Shown here: positions 6,254 to 7,021 of the stretch, one piece after another | Layout: every line of letters starts with the position of its first letter | Numbering within the stretch: the first letter of the stretch is position 1 | Assembly (NCBI RefSeq): GCF_006345805.1 | Contig: NW_021829037.1 | Coordinates: 1-7,021 of the forward strand | From: Octopus sinensis | Taxonomy: Eukaryota | Direction: 5' to 3' | DNA: 7,021 bases | Position numbers and translations under genes: made by a program | The notes under the pieces: generated by a model | Database searches by the model: none | The model's input: only the letters and a program-made list of their open reading frames with translations | Told to the model about the DNA's origin: nothing

Positions 6254-6426
6254 AGTCGCAGGAGCGGTTGGGTAGTAAGTAGCTTGCTTCCAAAACACAT
6301 GGTTCCGGGTTCAGTCCCACTGTGTGGCACCTTGACCAAGTGTCTTTTGCTATAGCCTCGGGCCGACCAAAGCCTTGTGAGTGGATTTGGTAGAAAGAAA
6401 CTGAATGAAGCCCGTCGTATATATAT
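6254..6426 (+). mobile_element. SINE family A, head+core half (piece 6)
   Basis: Aligns to 5364-5538 and ends at GAAGCCCGTCG plus a TA tract. It supplies the last part of ORF 6131..6355. Confidence 0.92.
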
Positions 6427-6464
6427 AAAATGTGATATATATAAAATGTATATATATAAAATGT
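6421..6464. repeat. Three copies of ATATATAAAATGT with a 15-16 bp period
   Basis: Copies at 6421-6433, 6437-6449 and 6452-6464. Confidence 0.85.
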
Positions 6465-6913
6465 TGTGATCTCAGCCACTTGTACAGCATGGAAACCCAG
6501 TAACCGGCCCCATGAGCTCTAGGACTCGAGACAATAATGATGGTGGTGAGTAATTATATGTTAATTTAAGGTAGCGTTGATTCCTTGGGATTACCTTCCA
6601 TTCTCATTTGGAGTTGGTTACAATTACTGCTAGGCGTTTGTTGACCTTCTCTCGAAGCGAAGAGAAATTTAATTAATAACTGCAAAAATTTATCTTATAT
6701 GATATTTAATATACCTTTCTTCGTCTCTGTTCCCTGCTTTCGTCGACTGGCTGCTGTGATGTGTAATCTTAGCTAATTGTTGTTGTTAGTTCAGGTTTTC
6801 ATTTGTTGTACTGGTTTGCTATACAGTTTAGAGCAGACACGAGGTTTAAACGCTGCTGTCGATATAAATTGTTTTCCCCTCTTCCTCGGTATTAGATACT
6901 TATAATAACATTT

Positions 6914-6982
6914 ACCCCACCACCACTTGACAACGGTGTTCGTTTGTTTACGTTCCCGTAAATTATAGGTTCGGCGAAAAAA
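6914..6982 (+). mobile_element. SINE family A, degraded tail-side fragment (piece 7)
   Basis: CTTGACAACGGTGTTCGTTTGTTTACGTTCCCGTAAAATTATAGGTTCGGCGAAAA aligns to CTTGACAACCGATGCTGGTGTGTTTACGTCCCCGTAACTTAACGGTTCGGCAAAA at 5641-5695. Confidence 0.8.
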
Positions 6983-7021
6983 TAAAAACTGTATGGAAGC
7001 CTGTCAAAATTTTGGAGGAGG

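Noticed and set aside
6131-6355. ORF 6131..6355 as an intact small gene
   Set aside because: It is a chimera of a frameshifted transposase C-terminus and SINE sequence; the ATG is an internal transposase Met.
6647-6666. Hairpin TTCTCTCGAAGCGAAGAGAA as a terminator or Helitron end
   Set aside because: Short and bulged, with no CTRR downstream at the expected distance; such hairpins arise by chance.
6636-6833. Right end of the hAT element (GTTTGTTGACCTTCT at 6636-6650; TSD-like GTTTAGAG at 6826-6833)
   Set aside because: The first matches the left terminus at only 9/15 and is not followed by the target site; the second is not preceded by a TIR.
2764-6982. Recurrent repeats as a CRISPR array or other prokaryotic system
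   Set aside because: The repeats are 70-450 bp, irregularly spaced and on both strands; there are no cas-like ORFs and the context is eukaryotic.

Overview
No intact protein-coding gene, RNA gene or prokaryotic system is supported in this window. It is AT-rich, microsatellite-saturated eukaryotic non-coding DNA. Its repeat families resemble those I recall from coleoid cephalopods, most likely Octopus; that is recognition from memory, not a database result. Contents: (1) seven pieces of one tRNA-derived SINE family: three near full-length copies, two head+core halves and two tail halves; (2) a 36-bp head of a second tRNA-like SINE; (3) a ~380-bp non-autonomous Helitron with a clear 3' hairpin+CTAG end; (4) a fossil hAT (Buster/Charlie-like) left end fused to a frameshifted transposase C-terminus; (5) three short same-strand modules at 289-746 that look like Penelope-like-element termini, one with a near-canonical minimal hammerhead ribozyme fold; (6) many di-, tri- and tetranucleotide microsatellites, which explain most of the supplied ORFs. 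The observations most worth follow-up are the hammerhead-like array, two SINEs apparently split at their internal microsatellite, and the head-to-head inverted SINE arrangement.
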